From an uncultured bacterium (GTDB lineage: Bacteria; Actinomycetota; Acidimicrobiia; Spongiisociales; UBA5794): a stretch of DNA of 64,000 bases. The stretch covers positions 160,001 through 224,000 of the forward strand of contig CAWDDT010000013.1 of NCBI GenBank assembly GCA_963801165.1. Direction: 5' to 3'. The notes below the pieces were generated by a model that saw only the letters and a list, made by a program, of their open reading frames with translations, searched no databases and was not told where the DNA came from. The position numbers and the translations under genes are program-made. Shown here piece after piece: positions 1-8,038 of the stretch; positions within the stretch are counted from its first letter, which is position 1, and each line of letters starts with the position of its first letter.

Positions 1-2
1 CG

Positions 3-590
3 GTTGAGTGCGAACACTACGCCTGGGCGATGCTTTGTCTGTACAACGCCTCCCGACTCGGCGCCCCGGAGCACGTGGTGCAAGACGCAGGACAGATCGA
101 TGTCTCGCGCGACGTTGACCTGCTCGCCACCATGCGAGCCCACATCGAGGCGTTCGCCACTGGCGATGCCGGAGGCGTTGCGGATGCTGCGAAGCGCTTC
201 GCAGCGATGGGCGCGCACCTCCCCTCCGCCGAATGTTTCGCCCAGGCAGCATCCATTCTCGAAGGACGCGGCGCGTCGGCGGCAGCAGCCCGCTGTGTCG
301 TGCTCTCACGTGTTGCCGAGCTGCGCTGCGAAGACCCGCATACCCCGGCGCTGGCGGACCGTCCCCCGCTGGTGACGGGCCGCGAGGTCCAGATTGCATT
401 CGATGCTGCAACGGGTTTGAGCAGCCGGGAGATCGCTGCCAGGCGATACATTTCCGTGCGCACGGTCGACAATCATCTCCGGTCGGTGTACCGGAAGCTC
501 GATGTCGCCGGGCGCGACGAGTTGGCTTCCCTGTTGCCTGGTATCCCGGACACCGCAGATCGCGTGCTCGCTCCTAGAGTCGACAGCTAG
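3..590 (+). CDS. LuxR-family transcriptional regulator, C-terminal part (5' end outside window)
   Basis: Frame open from the window start; C-terminal LuxR HTH 'TGREVQIA..AATGLSSREIAARRYISVRTVDNHLRSVYRKL' preceded by a helical Ala-rich region. Confidence 0.85.
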   Translation, partial: VECEHYAWAMLCLYNASRLGAPEHVVQDAGQIDVSRDVDLLATMRAHIEAFATGDAGGVADAAKRFAAMGAHLPSAECFAQAASILEGRGASAAAARCVVLSRVAELRCEDPHTPALADRPPLVTGREVQIAFDAATGLSSREIAARRYISVRTVDNHLRSVYRKLDVAGRDELASLLPGIPDTADRVLAPRVDS

Positions 591-639
591 ACCGTGCTCC
601 TTACTGGGGACAGCGCTTGGATCGGCTCTGGCAAGTCGG

Positions 640-800
640 TTACAGCCCGACGGCCCGGACAAGGAACGCAGCCATCTCACCCCGCGTCACCGCATCATCC
701 GGACAGAACCGGTCATCAACCGGTGGGTTACAACCCTTCGTGATCCCCGCCGCCGACAACCTCTCGATATCCGCGTCGAAGACAGACCCGTCATCAAAAT
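640..800 (-). pseudogene. Isolated S-layer homology (SLH) domain fragment
   Basis: 'FDDGSVFDADIERLSAAGITKGCNPPVDDRFCPDDAVTRGEMAAFLVRAVGL*' closely matches the SLH repeats of the 44654-47005 protein; no plausible start or upstream domains before tRNA-Pro. Confidence 0.6.
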
Positions 801-889
801 CCCGGACGGCATGATCGCATCTCGTTCGGTCGAGGACACGTGGCGAAGATCGCCTTCCATGGCAGGCACTTCTCGACGTCTCCACCTCG

Positions 890-963
890 TCGGGCTGGCC
901 AGATTTGAACTGGCGACCCCCTGCTCCCAAAGCAGGTGCGCTACCAAACTGCGCTACAGCCCG
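890..963 (-). tRNA. tRNA-Pro(TGG)
   Basis: Reverse complement CGGGCTGTAGCGCAGTTTGGTAGCGCA CCTGC-TT-TGG-GA-GCAGG...GTTCAAATC...CAGCCCG-A; full cloverleaf; CCA not encoded. Confidence 0.96.
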
Positions 964-1025
964 TGGTAGCGCCATTGTTGCAGGTCTCCGTAGGTCTGTC
1001 GTACCGGCTTGATACGTTGTGCAGC

Positions 1026-1730
1026 ATGAGACCTCGAATACCCAACCGCTTGCAGCAGCGGGCATCCGGATGGAACCACCTGTCCAATCGACAGCGTTCC
1101 GATCTAGGCAAAGAACTACGCCGCCTCGGCTTGATGCAAAGCGAAATCCGAGAGATCATTCCGGTGGCGAAATCCACCCTGTCCTACTGGTGCCGCGACG
1201 TTCAATTGACTCAGAAACAGGTCGACAAGATCAGGCAACGCCGTTATTCGACTGCGGGCGGGCGTCGCGACACTCAGGCCAAGAGGCGAGAAGAGATCCG
1301 AGTCCTTCGAACCGAGGCCCAACAGCAAGCTACTGAGTGGTCCCGAGATCCGCTGTTTGCGGCTGGAGTCGCTCTCTACTGGGCGGAGGGATCCAAGACC
1401 CGCAATCACTTTTCGATCGCTAACACCGATCCGGCATTGCTACGCGTGTTCATTGGGTGGGTTCGCCAGTATCTCGATACCTCTGCAGATTTCCGGCTTT
1501 GCCTCCACCTCCACGAGGGCAACTGCGAAGAGGCCGCCAAGACGTATTGGAGAGCGGAGCTGGGCCTCCCAACAGCACGGTTCACCAAGACATACGTCAA
1601 ACCGCGCGGCACAGGACACAGGAAGAATCGCATACCGGCGGGTGTGTGTCGAGTTCTGGTATGCCGGGGAGGAGACCACTGGCAACGAACAATGCAATGG
1701 ATTGACAACATGAGTGAGTGCATGGTCTGA
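1026..1730 (+). CDS. tRNA-associated HTH protein with LAGLIDADG-like 'LYWAEG' domain
   Basis: N-terminal HTH ('LRRLGLMQSEIREIIPVAKSTLSYW'), then 'AGVALYWAEGSK...FSIANTDP', resembling a LAGLIDADG helix plus beta-strand; lies between two tRNAs. Confidence 0.65.
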   Translation: MRPRIPNRLQQRASGWNHLSNRQRSDLGKELRRLGLMQSEIREIIPVAKSTLSYWCRDVQLTQKQVDKIRQRRYSTAGGRRDTQAKRREEIRVLRTEAQQQATEWSRDPLFAAGVALYWAEGSKTRNHFSIANTDPALLRVFIGWVRQYLDTSADFRLCLHLHEGNCEEAAKTYWRAELGLPTARFTKTYVKPRGTGHRKNRIPAGVCRVLVCRGGDHWQRTMQWIDNMSECMV

Positions 1731-1750
1731 AGGCTTGCTACAATCGCTCC

Positions 1751-1824
1751 GGGTCGCTAGCTCAATCAGGCAGAGCACCGGACTCTTAATCCGTAGGTTC
1801 AGGGTTCGATTCCCTGGCGACCCA
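1751..1824 (+). tRNA. tRNA-Lys(CTT)
   Basis: GGGTCGC acceptor stem pairs with GCGACCC; anticodon arm CCGGA-CT-CTT-AA-TCCGT; T-loop GGTTCGATTCC. Confidence 0.96.
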
Positions 1825-1870
1825 CTGCCGCCAGCGCTTACCGAGATCGATTGCTGTGGCGGCGTGTCAT

Positions 1871-1954
1871 GCGGGCGTGGCGGAAATGGAAGACGCGCCA
1901 GGTTTAGGTCCTGGTGGGCGAAAGCCCGTGGGGGTTCGAGTCCCTTCGCCCGCA
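1871..1954 (+). tRNA. tRNA-Leu(TAG), integration target
   Basis: GCGGGCG/CGCCCGC acceptor stem; CCAGG-TT-TAG-GT-CCTGG anticodon arm; long variable arm GGGC-GAAA-GCCC; GGTTCGAGTCC. Confidence 0.96.
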
Positions 1955-1955
1955 C
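1900..1955 (+). repeat. attL (3' half of tRNA-Leu)
   Basis: AGGTTTAGGTCCTGGTG and CGTGGGGGTTCGAGTCCCTTCGCCCGCAC both recur at 14477-14531. Confidence 0.9.
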
Positions 1956-2029
1956 TTGAGCCAGATACCCGCCCATCAGGGGATTCTGCCTCGCGGGCGG
2001 GTCCGCCGCCGGTCGACGAAGACAATCGT

Positions 2030-2049
2030 TTCTACCCAATCTTCTACCC
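2030..2049 (+). repeat. Putative integrase arm-type binding sites (TTCTACCC x2, 12-bp period), left arm
   Basis: TTCTACCCAATCTTCTACCC; the same tandem motif with the same period occurs at 14342-14361 near the other end. Confidence 0.7.
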
Positions 2050-2825
2050 GACCTCGTAGCGAGTCCAGAGGGGAACCGGGGCGATTAGCCATCGTTGCGC
2101 TCCGCACCGCGACCGCATGCCGATGCGCGGCAGCCAGTACCGTCTGATGTCGGCTCGTGCTTTCGCATGTGGGCCGTGGCGCTAACTGGCAGCAAGCTGG
2201 AAGGTCGCGTCGTGTGTGAACGTCGTCAGCGCCGTCTCGTCGCTCTGGCTGCCACTCTCAAACCTCCTTGAAGGTGTGAGCGGGGACCTGCTGGTCGTCA
2301 GACCGCTCGAGGTATTGCCGGGGGATGTCCGACGTGGCTTTGAGTGTCGCCGGGTGATTGGACCCCCGACGAGGCTCGCTTGTTCGACGGGTTATGAGCC
2401 CTTTCGGGTTCCCTTCATCATTTCGCGTTATCGCTCAATAGCCCGTGAGCCTGGGGTCCTGCGGGATCAGCGTGCTTCCTGATTCCGGCAGATGACCCCT
2501 CGTGACGCCCCGTCCGTTGGAAGGTTCGTTAGAAGAATGGCGTTCAGACCATGGGTCTTCGCCCTGCCGTGGCACCCACGCCCGGCGCCTCGGAACCACC
2601 TGATGGACGTCTTGTACGGTGGTGGCCGGTTTTGAAGACCGTTCGGGGCATTTCTCGGAAGTCGGCGACTCGCTGGGGATTCTGGCGTAAACCCTTATGA
2701 CACAATGGTTTACGACCACTCATCATCGTTGGTCATCTCGCGGTGGTTTGCATCGTTTCTCGTTCTCCCGCGCCCCCAGCGCGCCCCGAGATGCGGAAGA
2801 CTGCTCGCCGCGCTCACGCCCGGAT

Positions 2826-3140
2826 TCAGTCGCGGAGGGTTCTGAGAATGTCCTTCATGAGCAAGACGAGATGGAGGGCGTCGGTCGGTGACGGCTCGAA
2901 CTCGGGGATGAGATGGAGGTGGAAGTCGCGGGCCTGCGGTGTCTCGGCGTGAACAGCAAGCCCCGGCATCCGATCTCAGTGCCGAGCTGCGCCGTCCGGC
3001 TGATGGCGTCGGCGAGGAGACCGGCGCCGAGCCCGCGGCCCTCGTGCTCGCTCGACATCCCGAGAAGAACCAGCAGCGCCACCGACTGTGGGATAGCGGC
3101 CGGCACCATTGCTAACCCGGGTCGGAGCGTCCTCGGCGCA
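2826..3140 (-). pseudogene. GNAT acetyltransferase toxin (TacT/AtaT-like) remnant
   Basis: Across two frameshifts (~3089 and ~2953) it reads EDAPTRVSNGAGRYP/QSVALL...HEGRGLGAGLLADAISR...IGCRGLL/VHAETPQARDFHLHLIPEFEPSPTDALHLVLLMKDILRTLRD*; N-terminus missing. Confidence 0.8.
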
Positions 3141-3223
3141 CTCCCGGATAGCCACCGACCAACGAGCGCCAGCGTGAGTGCCGATGCAGAGCAGCATTTG
3201 AACTGCGCGATATCGCTCGGGAA

Positions 3224-4573
3224 TTGATGATCTGCGATATCCATGCCATAGGCATGACCGATGGGCGAGATTTTCGTGTGCCCATTGCGGAGATTCTCGG
3301 CCAGAATGGAGTCGTGGAATCCCGACCGCCCCTCGTAGGTGCACCCGCGCCGGAGCAGCAAGCAACCCGTTCCCTCGTCTTCTTGGCCGTGGTGGGCATT
3401 GCTGCCGGACTCTTTGGGTATCTTCTTGGAGTGACTGCCAACAGCGGTCAGGAGCCGGACCCGCCGAACGGGTTTCTTGCTCCTGTGGTATCTGGCGCCA
3501 CGACCGATACAAAGCAGGAGAATGACCGGACAGCGTCATCGTCGACAAGAGTGCCGGCGCTGGGTGCGACTAATGGTGCCACCTCTATGCCGCCGGTGCC
3601 AGGCCTTGTATCCGGTCCTGCCCTGCCGCAGGATCTACGTAGCTCGAGGTTCCGTCTCTTTCGGGGGGTGTGGCCGGAGCTCACGCTCGAGGAATGGACA
3701 ACCGAAGGTATCACGGCATCCGTACAGCTGCCGTGGCTTGCGAGTGGGCTGTCTGCCGACCAATCCGACGAACTGTTCGCATTCACCGCGCCGTCAGCCA
3801 CCGGGCAGACTCTCTATGTAGGCAGAAACAACATGTATGTAGCGGTATCAGCCGAACTTGCGGGAGGATGGTCATGGCACGGTTCTGAACCTGGGAAAGC
3901 AGCCTGGATCGAGGCGAGTGATGACGGGCGAGTAATGGTGTTCGGCCGACTTCAAGCAGAGATCTTGGGTGATCGTGGAGAGTATCTCGATGTAGCGGTA
4001 AATGCGCGGCACATCGGCGGAGCGCAACCAGATGAGTCGATCGTGGGACTTACGAGGTTTGGGATCGTGCTCCGCTCGTTCGACGAATCGGGACGGGCCA
4101 AGCTCGTCGCCCTTGACGGTGAAGTAGTGGCAGAAGCTGAGGGTATATTGCCGCTCGCCATCTCCGCCGACGGCTATGGATTGGCGGTTGTTCGATCGGA
4201 GGACCAGATTCAGTACGTCATCACCGACGAGGAGTTGAACCCTGTGACCAATCTCGGCCGCTATGACACGACAGCCGATTGGGTCGAATGGTCGCCGAGT
4301 GGCGAATACGTCGCATTCACACACACCGCTTTCCAAGATCGGGCATCGGACAGCGAGGTCCACCTTGAGATTTGGACCAGAAACGGACAGCCCGTGTTGG
4401 ACGTCCCGATACGTGCCGCAGTGTGGGATGGCGCTTGGACCGCTGATGAGTCGCGAGTAGTCATGGTGGCGAGCGATGCCGGTCCATGGCTTATCGCCAA
4501 CCCATCGACCGGCCAAATCCAAGCCCAGACCGTTGCGGCGGTGGCGGTGGCCGAGATAGACGCCAGCGGGTGA
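3224..4573 (+). CDS. Membrane-anchored protein with probable beta-propeller (TolB/WD40-like) domain
   Basis: Single TM 'LVFLAVVGIAAGLFGYLLGV', Pro/Ser/Thr linker, blade-like motifs 'VEWSPSGEYVAF', 'AWTADESRV', 'ISADGY'; start may be ATG 3254. Confidence 0.6.
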   Translation: MMICDIHAIGMTDGRDFRVPIAEILGQNGVVESRPPLVGAPAPEQQATRSLVFLAVVGIAAGLFGYLLGVTANSGQEPDPPNGFLAPVVSGATTDTKQENDRTASSSTRVPALGATNGATSMPPVPGLVSGPALPQDLRSSRFRLFRGVWPELTLEEWTTEGITASVQLPWLASGLSADQSDELFAFTAPSATGQTLYVGRNNMYVAVSAELAGGWSWHGSEPGKAAWIEASDDGRVMVFGRLQAEILGDRGEYLDVAVNARHIGGAQPDESIVGLTRFGIVLRSFDESGRAKLVALDGEVVAEAEGILPLAISADGYGLAVVRSEDQIQYVITDEELNPVTNLGRYDTTADWVEWSPSGEYVAFTHTAFQDRASDSEVHLEIWTRNGQPVLDVPIRAAVWDGAWTADESRVVMVASDAGPWLIANPSTGQIQAQTVAAVAVAEIDASG

Positions 4574-4778
4574 CCGAGGACACACTGGATTAGGTGTAGC
4601 GACCGCCAGGGATGCGTTTCTTGGGGCGAACGATCTTGATTGTCCGTTCCTATTCGTATCACCGCAAGATCCACGGTGTAGGCGAACTGATCCGCCGATC
4701 GACAAGGGTGATGCCGAGCATGCTGGGAAGGCAGTTCTATCGCCCGTATGACTTCCAATCACCGGGATCCCTATGGGG

Positions 4779-5405
4779 CTAGTCCAGGAGCCCTTGCTGT
4801 GCTGCCGCCATGAGCGCTTCGGTTTTGTTGGACGCGTCTAGCTTCCGGTACGTCGTAGCCAAAAGACGCTGCATGTTCCGTTCGCTATAGCCGATTGTGT
4901 CGGCCAACCTGCCAATCGTCACCCCGGAGGCGAGGATACGAAGCCAGTCAATCTCCTGGTCCGTCACTTGCATCGCGCCTTGACCCCTCGTGTCGGTTGG
5001 CGTCCAATCGCGAAAGACAACATGAGGCGCAATGGAGAGTCCCGCTCCGACGGCCTCTACGGCAACTACTAGCCAGTCGACAGACATCGCCACTGGAAGA
5101 ACGACCCACGCGCCGTATCGAAAGAGGGGTTCCGATAGGGCGGGCGAGGCAACCAGCGCGATGGTTGGGATCTGGGGAGTGTTCTCGCGAATTCGCAAGA
5201 ACAAGTCACAATCCTGTCGAGAGGCGCAGCCTGCTACCAGCAACGATGCGGACTCGCCCGCCACTGCCCACGCAACCGGATGGCTAACTTGCTGCACGTT
5301 CATACCGGCGGCTACGAGCACTGACTCGGCGCCAGCGGCTGTGAGTGGTGCAAGGCTTTTGGTTGCGATCCCGATCCGCATGTGTGCCCCCCTGTCGAAA
5401 CCCAC
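4779..5405 (-). CDS. LuxR/NarL-type regulator with degenerate receiver domain
   Basis: C-terminal 'VTDQEIDWLRILASGVTIGRLADTIGYSERNMQRLLATTYRKLDASNKTEALMAAAQQGLL'; REC-like N-terminus lacking obvious acidic residues. Confidence 0.8.
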   Translation of the reverse strand: MGFDRGAHMRIGIATKSLAPLTAAGAESVLVAAGMNVQQVSHPVAWAVAGESASLLVAGCASRQDCDLFLRIRENTPQIPTIALVASPALSEPLFRYGAWVVLPVAMSVDWLVVAVEAVGAGLSIAPHVVFRDWTPTDTRGQGAMQVTDQEIDWLRILASGVTIGRLADTIGYSERNMQRLLATTYRKLDASNKTEALMAAAQQGLLD

Positions 5406-5780
5406 ACGCCCCGCATTATCAGCCTACCCGATCACCAGACTTCTCGGCTCGGTATGCGCGAGAGCTTCCGGCGTCGCTTTCCCAATGACGGCGGACGCGA
5501 GAGGTGGCTTCTGCATATCGACCCATTGACGAGGGAGTCAGGCGCGAGGCCAGAGGCGTGGACCGCATTAGGCGGGGGGTTTGTGCCTGCATTGCGACGA
5601 CAAATGGCTGGCCGCTTCGGGCCAACCTTTGTCGTTGACGCGAGCTGGTGTCGTATCGAGAGGGATAGGGCAGGAGGTTTGTGAACTGATGCTGAGACCG
5701 GGCATAGACGACAGCGCTGGTAGGTTCGAGGCCGGGATCTTGCAGAGTCTCCTCGTGGTCGCCGCGGGTACGGGGGGAGT

Positions 5781-6368
5781 GTGATGTCTGCGAGGCATCT
5801 TGATCGCCGGGAAGTCCTCAGAATGATGGGGGTCTTTGTAGGAGGGGAAGTCGTCCTTACGAATCTTGGGGCCAGTCCTGCACGTGCCAGATCGGAGAAT
5901 CGGTACCGTAGCGACGCCATCGTTGTGGGATCGGTCATGGCTGTCGAAGCGGATTCGAATCAGATTGCGATCCGATCTGCTGTCCGATCTGAGGGATTCG
6001 TGGATATCGTCTGCTCGTCCAGGACGGTGTTCCTGCGTGACAGGCCTGCTGCAATCTCTGACTTCCTGACCGGAGACAAGATTGCGGTATTCGGAAGCCG
6101 CCAAGGCCAGTCACTCTTTGCAGCGACGGCTGTCCAGCCCGCCTATGAGGCGATGTTTGTTGATGTTGAATGGCCGCTCCCGGAGCGTGATATCACTATC
6201 CGAACTGAGCGGGGCGATCTCCTCATTCCCAACGGTGTCCTCAAGGTTGGTGAGACTGACCCAGCTCTCGTAGGTGATTTGACCCGAGTTCAGGCAACAG
6301 TTCGTCACGAGCCAGCGACGAACCGCTACGTGGCCGCCCTGATAGGCAACGGAGGCCACCACTCATGA
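5781..6368 (+). CDS. Tat-exported protein with OB-fold/DUF5666-like repeats
   Basis: Twin-arginine motif 'DRREVLR'; 'ISDFLTGDKIAVFG' is typical of DUF5666-like beta-barrels; stop overlaps the next start (ATGA). Confidence 0.6.
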   Translation: MMSARHLDRREVLRMMGVFVGGEVVLTNLGASPARARSENRYRSDAIVVGSVMAVEADSNQIAIRSAVRSEGFVDIVCSSRTVFLRDRPAAISDFLTGDKIAVFGSRQGQSLFAATAVQPAYEAMFVDVEWPLPERDITIRTERGDLLIPNGVLKVGETDPALVGDLTRVQATVRHEPATNRYVAALIGNGGHHS

Positions 6369-6934
6369 GCGTTCCGTCGGTTCTTGGCTGGATTGTCATT
6401 GTGACTTTGTCATGGGCCGGTGCAGCGAAGCTCCTTAACCCAGCCGCGACACTTGGTGGTATCCGGTCTACGCTTCGGGCTGTACCGATACCTCGCTGGT
6501 CGGTCTGGTTCTTGGTCGCAGCGGAACTCGGTATCAGCGCCGCCTTGGCGTTCGGATTGCTTAGCGGCAGTTTCGTCCAACCGCCAGCGCTAGGAGCTGG
6601 GATCCTTCTCGCATTGTTCACGGTGATAAACGCCGTGGACATGATCCAGGGCGGTGAAAGTTCGTGTGCGTGCTTCGGCGCCACCGACATCTATCCGATA
6701 AGATTCAAGTCCTTCGCCTTGGCCAGATCTGCGTTCCTCAGCTCGCTTGCATTTGTCCTAGCCGTCGCCCCACCGGGCCAAACCAGTGCCGTCGAAGAGA
6801 CGAAGGCCGCCATCCTCGCAGTGAGCATCGTCGCGATGGCAGCCGTGATTCTAAGGGCTGTCCAATCGGTACGCCTGTGGCCCGCGCACACAGTCAAAGT
6901 CAAAGAGGTAGTCGAAGAGGTTCTGGCGGTCTAG
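6365..6934 (+). CDS. mauE: MauE/DoxX-family redox-associated membrane protein
   Basis: 'AGAAKL..P', 'VAAELG', 'SCACFG' motifs and about 5 TM helices. Confidence 0.85.
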   Translation: MSVPSVLGWIVIVTLSWAGAAKLLNPAATLGGIRSTLRAVPIPRWSVWFLVAAELGISAALAFGLLSGSFVQPPALGAGILLALFTVINAVDMIQGGESSCACFGATDIYPIRFKSFALARSAFLSSLAFVLAVAPPGQTSAVEETKAAILAVSIVAMAAVILRAVQSVRLWPAHTVKVKEVVEEVLAV

Positions 6935-6982
6935 GAGCGATGAACATGCACCCAACAGGTACGAAACGACCGGGAGAGATCT

Positions 6983-7603
6983 ATGCCTGAAATGGATACC
7001 GCCTTGGTTGCAGCTCTCTTGGCATGGCAGGTCGTTGTAGCCGTTCTGATAGCAGTCCTTTTCCGGCAGGTCGCGCTGCTGTCAATCGCTATGAGTCAAC
7101 AAGACCCACCAGCGCGCAACTCAAATCTGGCAGTTGGGGTCCCAATCCCCCAAGAACTTGACTCAGACATGGTTGACCCCGCCGAAACAACGTACGTGTT
7201 CTGGCTATCCGTTGGCTGCGACGCGTGCGTCAGAGTTGCAGAAGAACTGGGCACCGCGATTTCGACGGGTGCATGGACCGAATCAACAGTTGCGTTGATC
7301 ACGGGGCCAGCCACCGCGGCTACGTCGCTATCGGACACAGCAGCCCTTCAGAATCGCACCATCGTCGACCCAGATGCCAGCTCAATAATCGAGACTCTCG
7401 GCCTGACAACGTCACCGTTCGTGATCAAGACCGCGAATGGCGTCGTCAGGGGGTGGAGCACCGTTACAAGCATTCCGGACTTGGAGAAGCTACGAACCGA
7501 TCCCGCCAGCGGCGATACTGACAAACGGGAGGAAGAGCAGATCGCATCGCCGAAATCTGAAGAGGCAGGGTCTACTCCATCAACATCGGGGTCGCACCGA
7601 TGA
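6983..7603 (+). CDS. MauD-like membrane-anchored thioredoxin-fold protein
   Basis: N-terminal TM ending 'VLFRQVALL', 'GVPIP', CxxC 'WLSVGCDAC', cis-Pro loop 'TSPF'. Confidence 0.8.
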   Translation: MPEMDTALVAALLAWQVVVAVLIAVLFRQVALLSIAMSQQDPPARNSNLAVGVPIPQELDSDMVDPAETTYVFWLSVGCDACVRVAEELGTAISTGAWTESTVALITGPATAATSLSDTAALQNRTIVDPDASSIIETLGLTTSPFVIKTANGVVRGWSTVTSIPDLEKLRTDPASGDTDKREEEQIASPKSEEAGSTPSTSGSHR

Positions 7604-7983
7604 TCAGCTCGCAGCGAACGGACGAGGACCTGCGGATATCGAACTCCGAGTCTGTTCCCAGCGGACCCACGTTCTTGACGCGGAGCGCATTTCTTGCTCG
7701 TGCCGCTGCCGTAGCGTTTGGCACTGCGGCCTTCCTGTTCGGCCTGCCAATGCCCTCCGCTCTGGCGTCGCATAACAGGTGTTGTCATGAATCCACTCCC
7801 CTCTGTTCTTGCTGCAACGGAGACACCTGCTGCGCTTCCGGCTGCACCATCCGGTGCGGCGATTGCCCTGGTGGTGGGTGCTCGTGGACGTGTTGCTACG
7901 GGACTGCGCTTTGGAACTGTAAGGACTGGAACGATCCAGCAGTAGGGAACTGCGTATGCATCGAAGGGTTGAGTCAATGCTAG
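7600..7983 (+). CDS. Tat-exported cysteine-rich peptide, distantly MauA (amine dehydrogenase light chain)-like
   Basis: Degenerate Tat motif 'TRSAFL', hydrophobic stretch, ALA cleavage site; predicted 71-aa mature region has 17 Cys and 3 Trp; 'CPGGGCSWTCC'. Confidence 0.75.
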   Translation: MISSQRTDEDLRISNSESVPSGPTFLTRSAFLARAAAVAFGTAAFLFGLPMPSALASHNRCCHESTPLCSCCNGDTCCASGCTIRCGDCPGGGCSWTCCYGTALWNCKDWNDPAVGNCVCIEGLSQC

Positions 7984-8038
7984 GTGGCCACTGGAAACGA
8001 TCCATCGGCAGCTCGACTTATGACGACATTGGAGCACC

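Noticed and set aside
2100-2800. Short ORFs at the left end of the element
   Set aside because: No recognisable motifs or RBS; probably degenerate sequence
4571-4640. Sec readthrough of the beta-propeller gene's TGA stop
   Set aside because: Another stop follows about 22 codons later and there is no Cys-motif context
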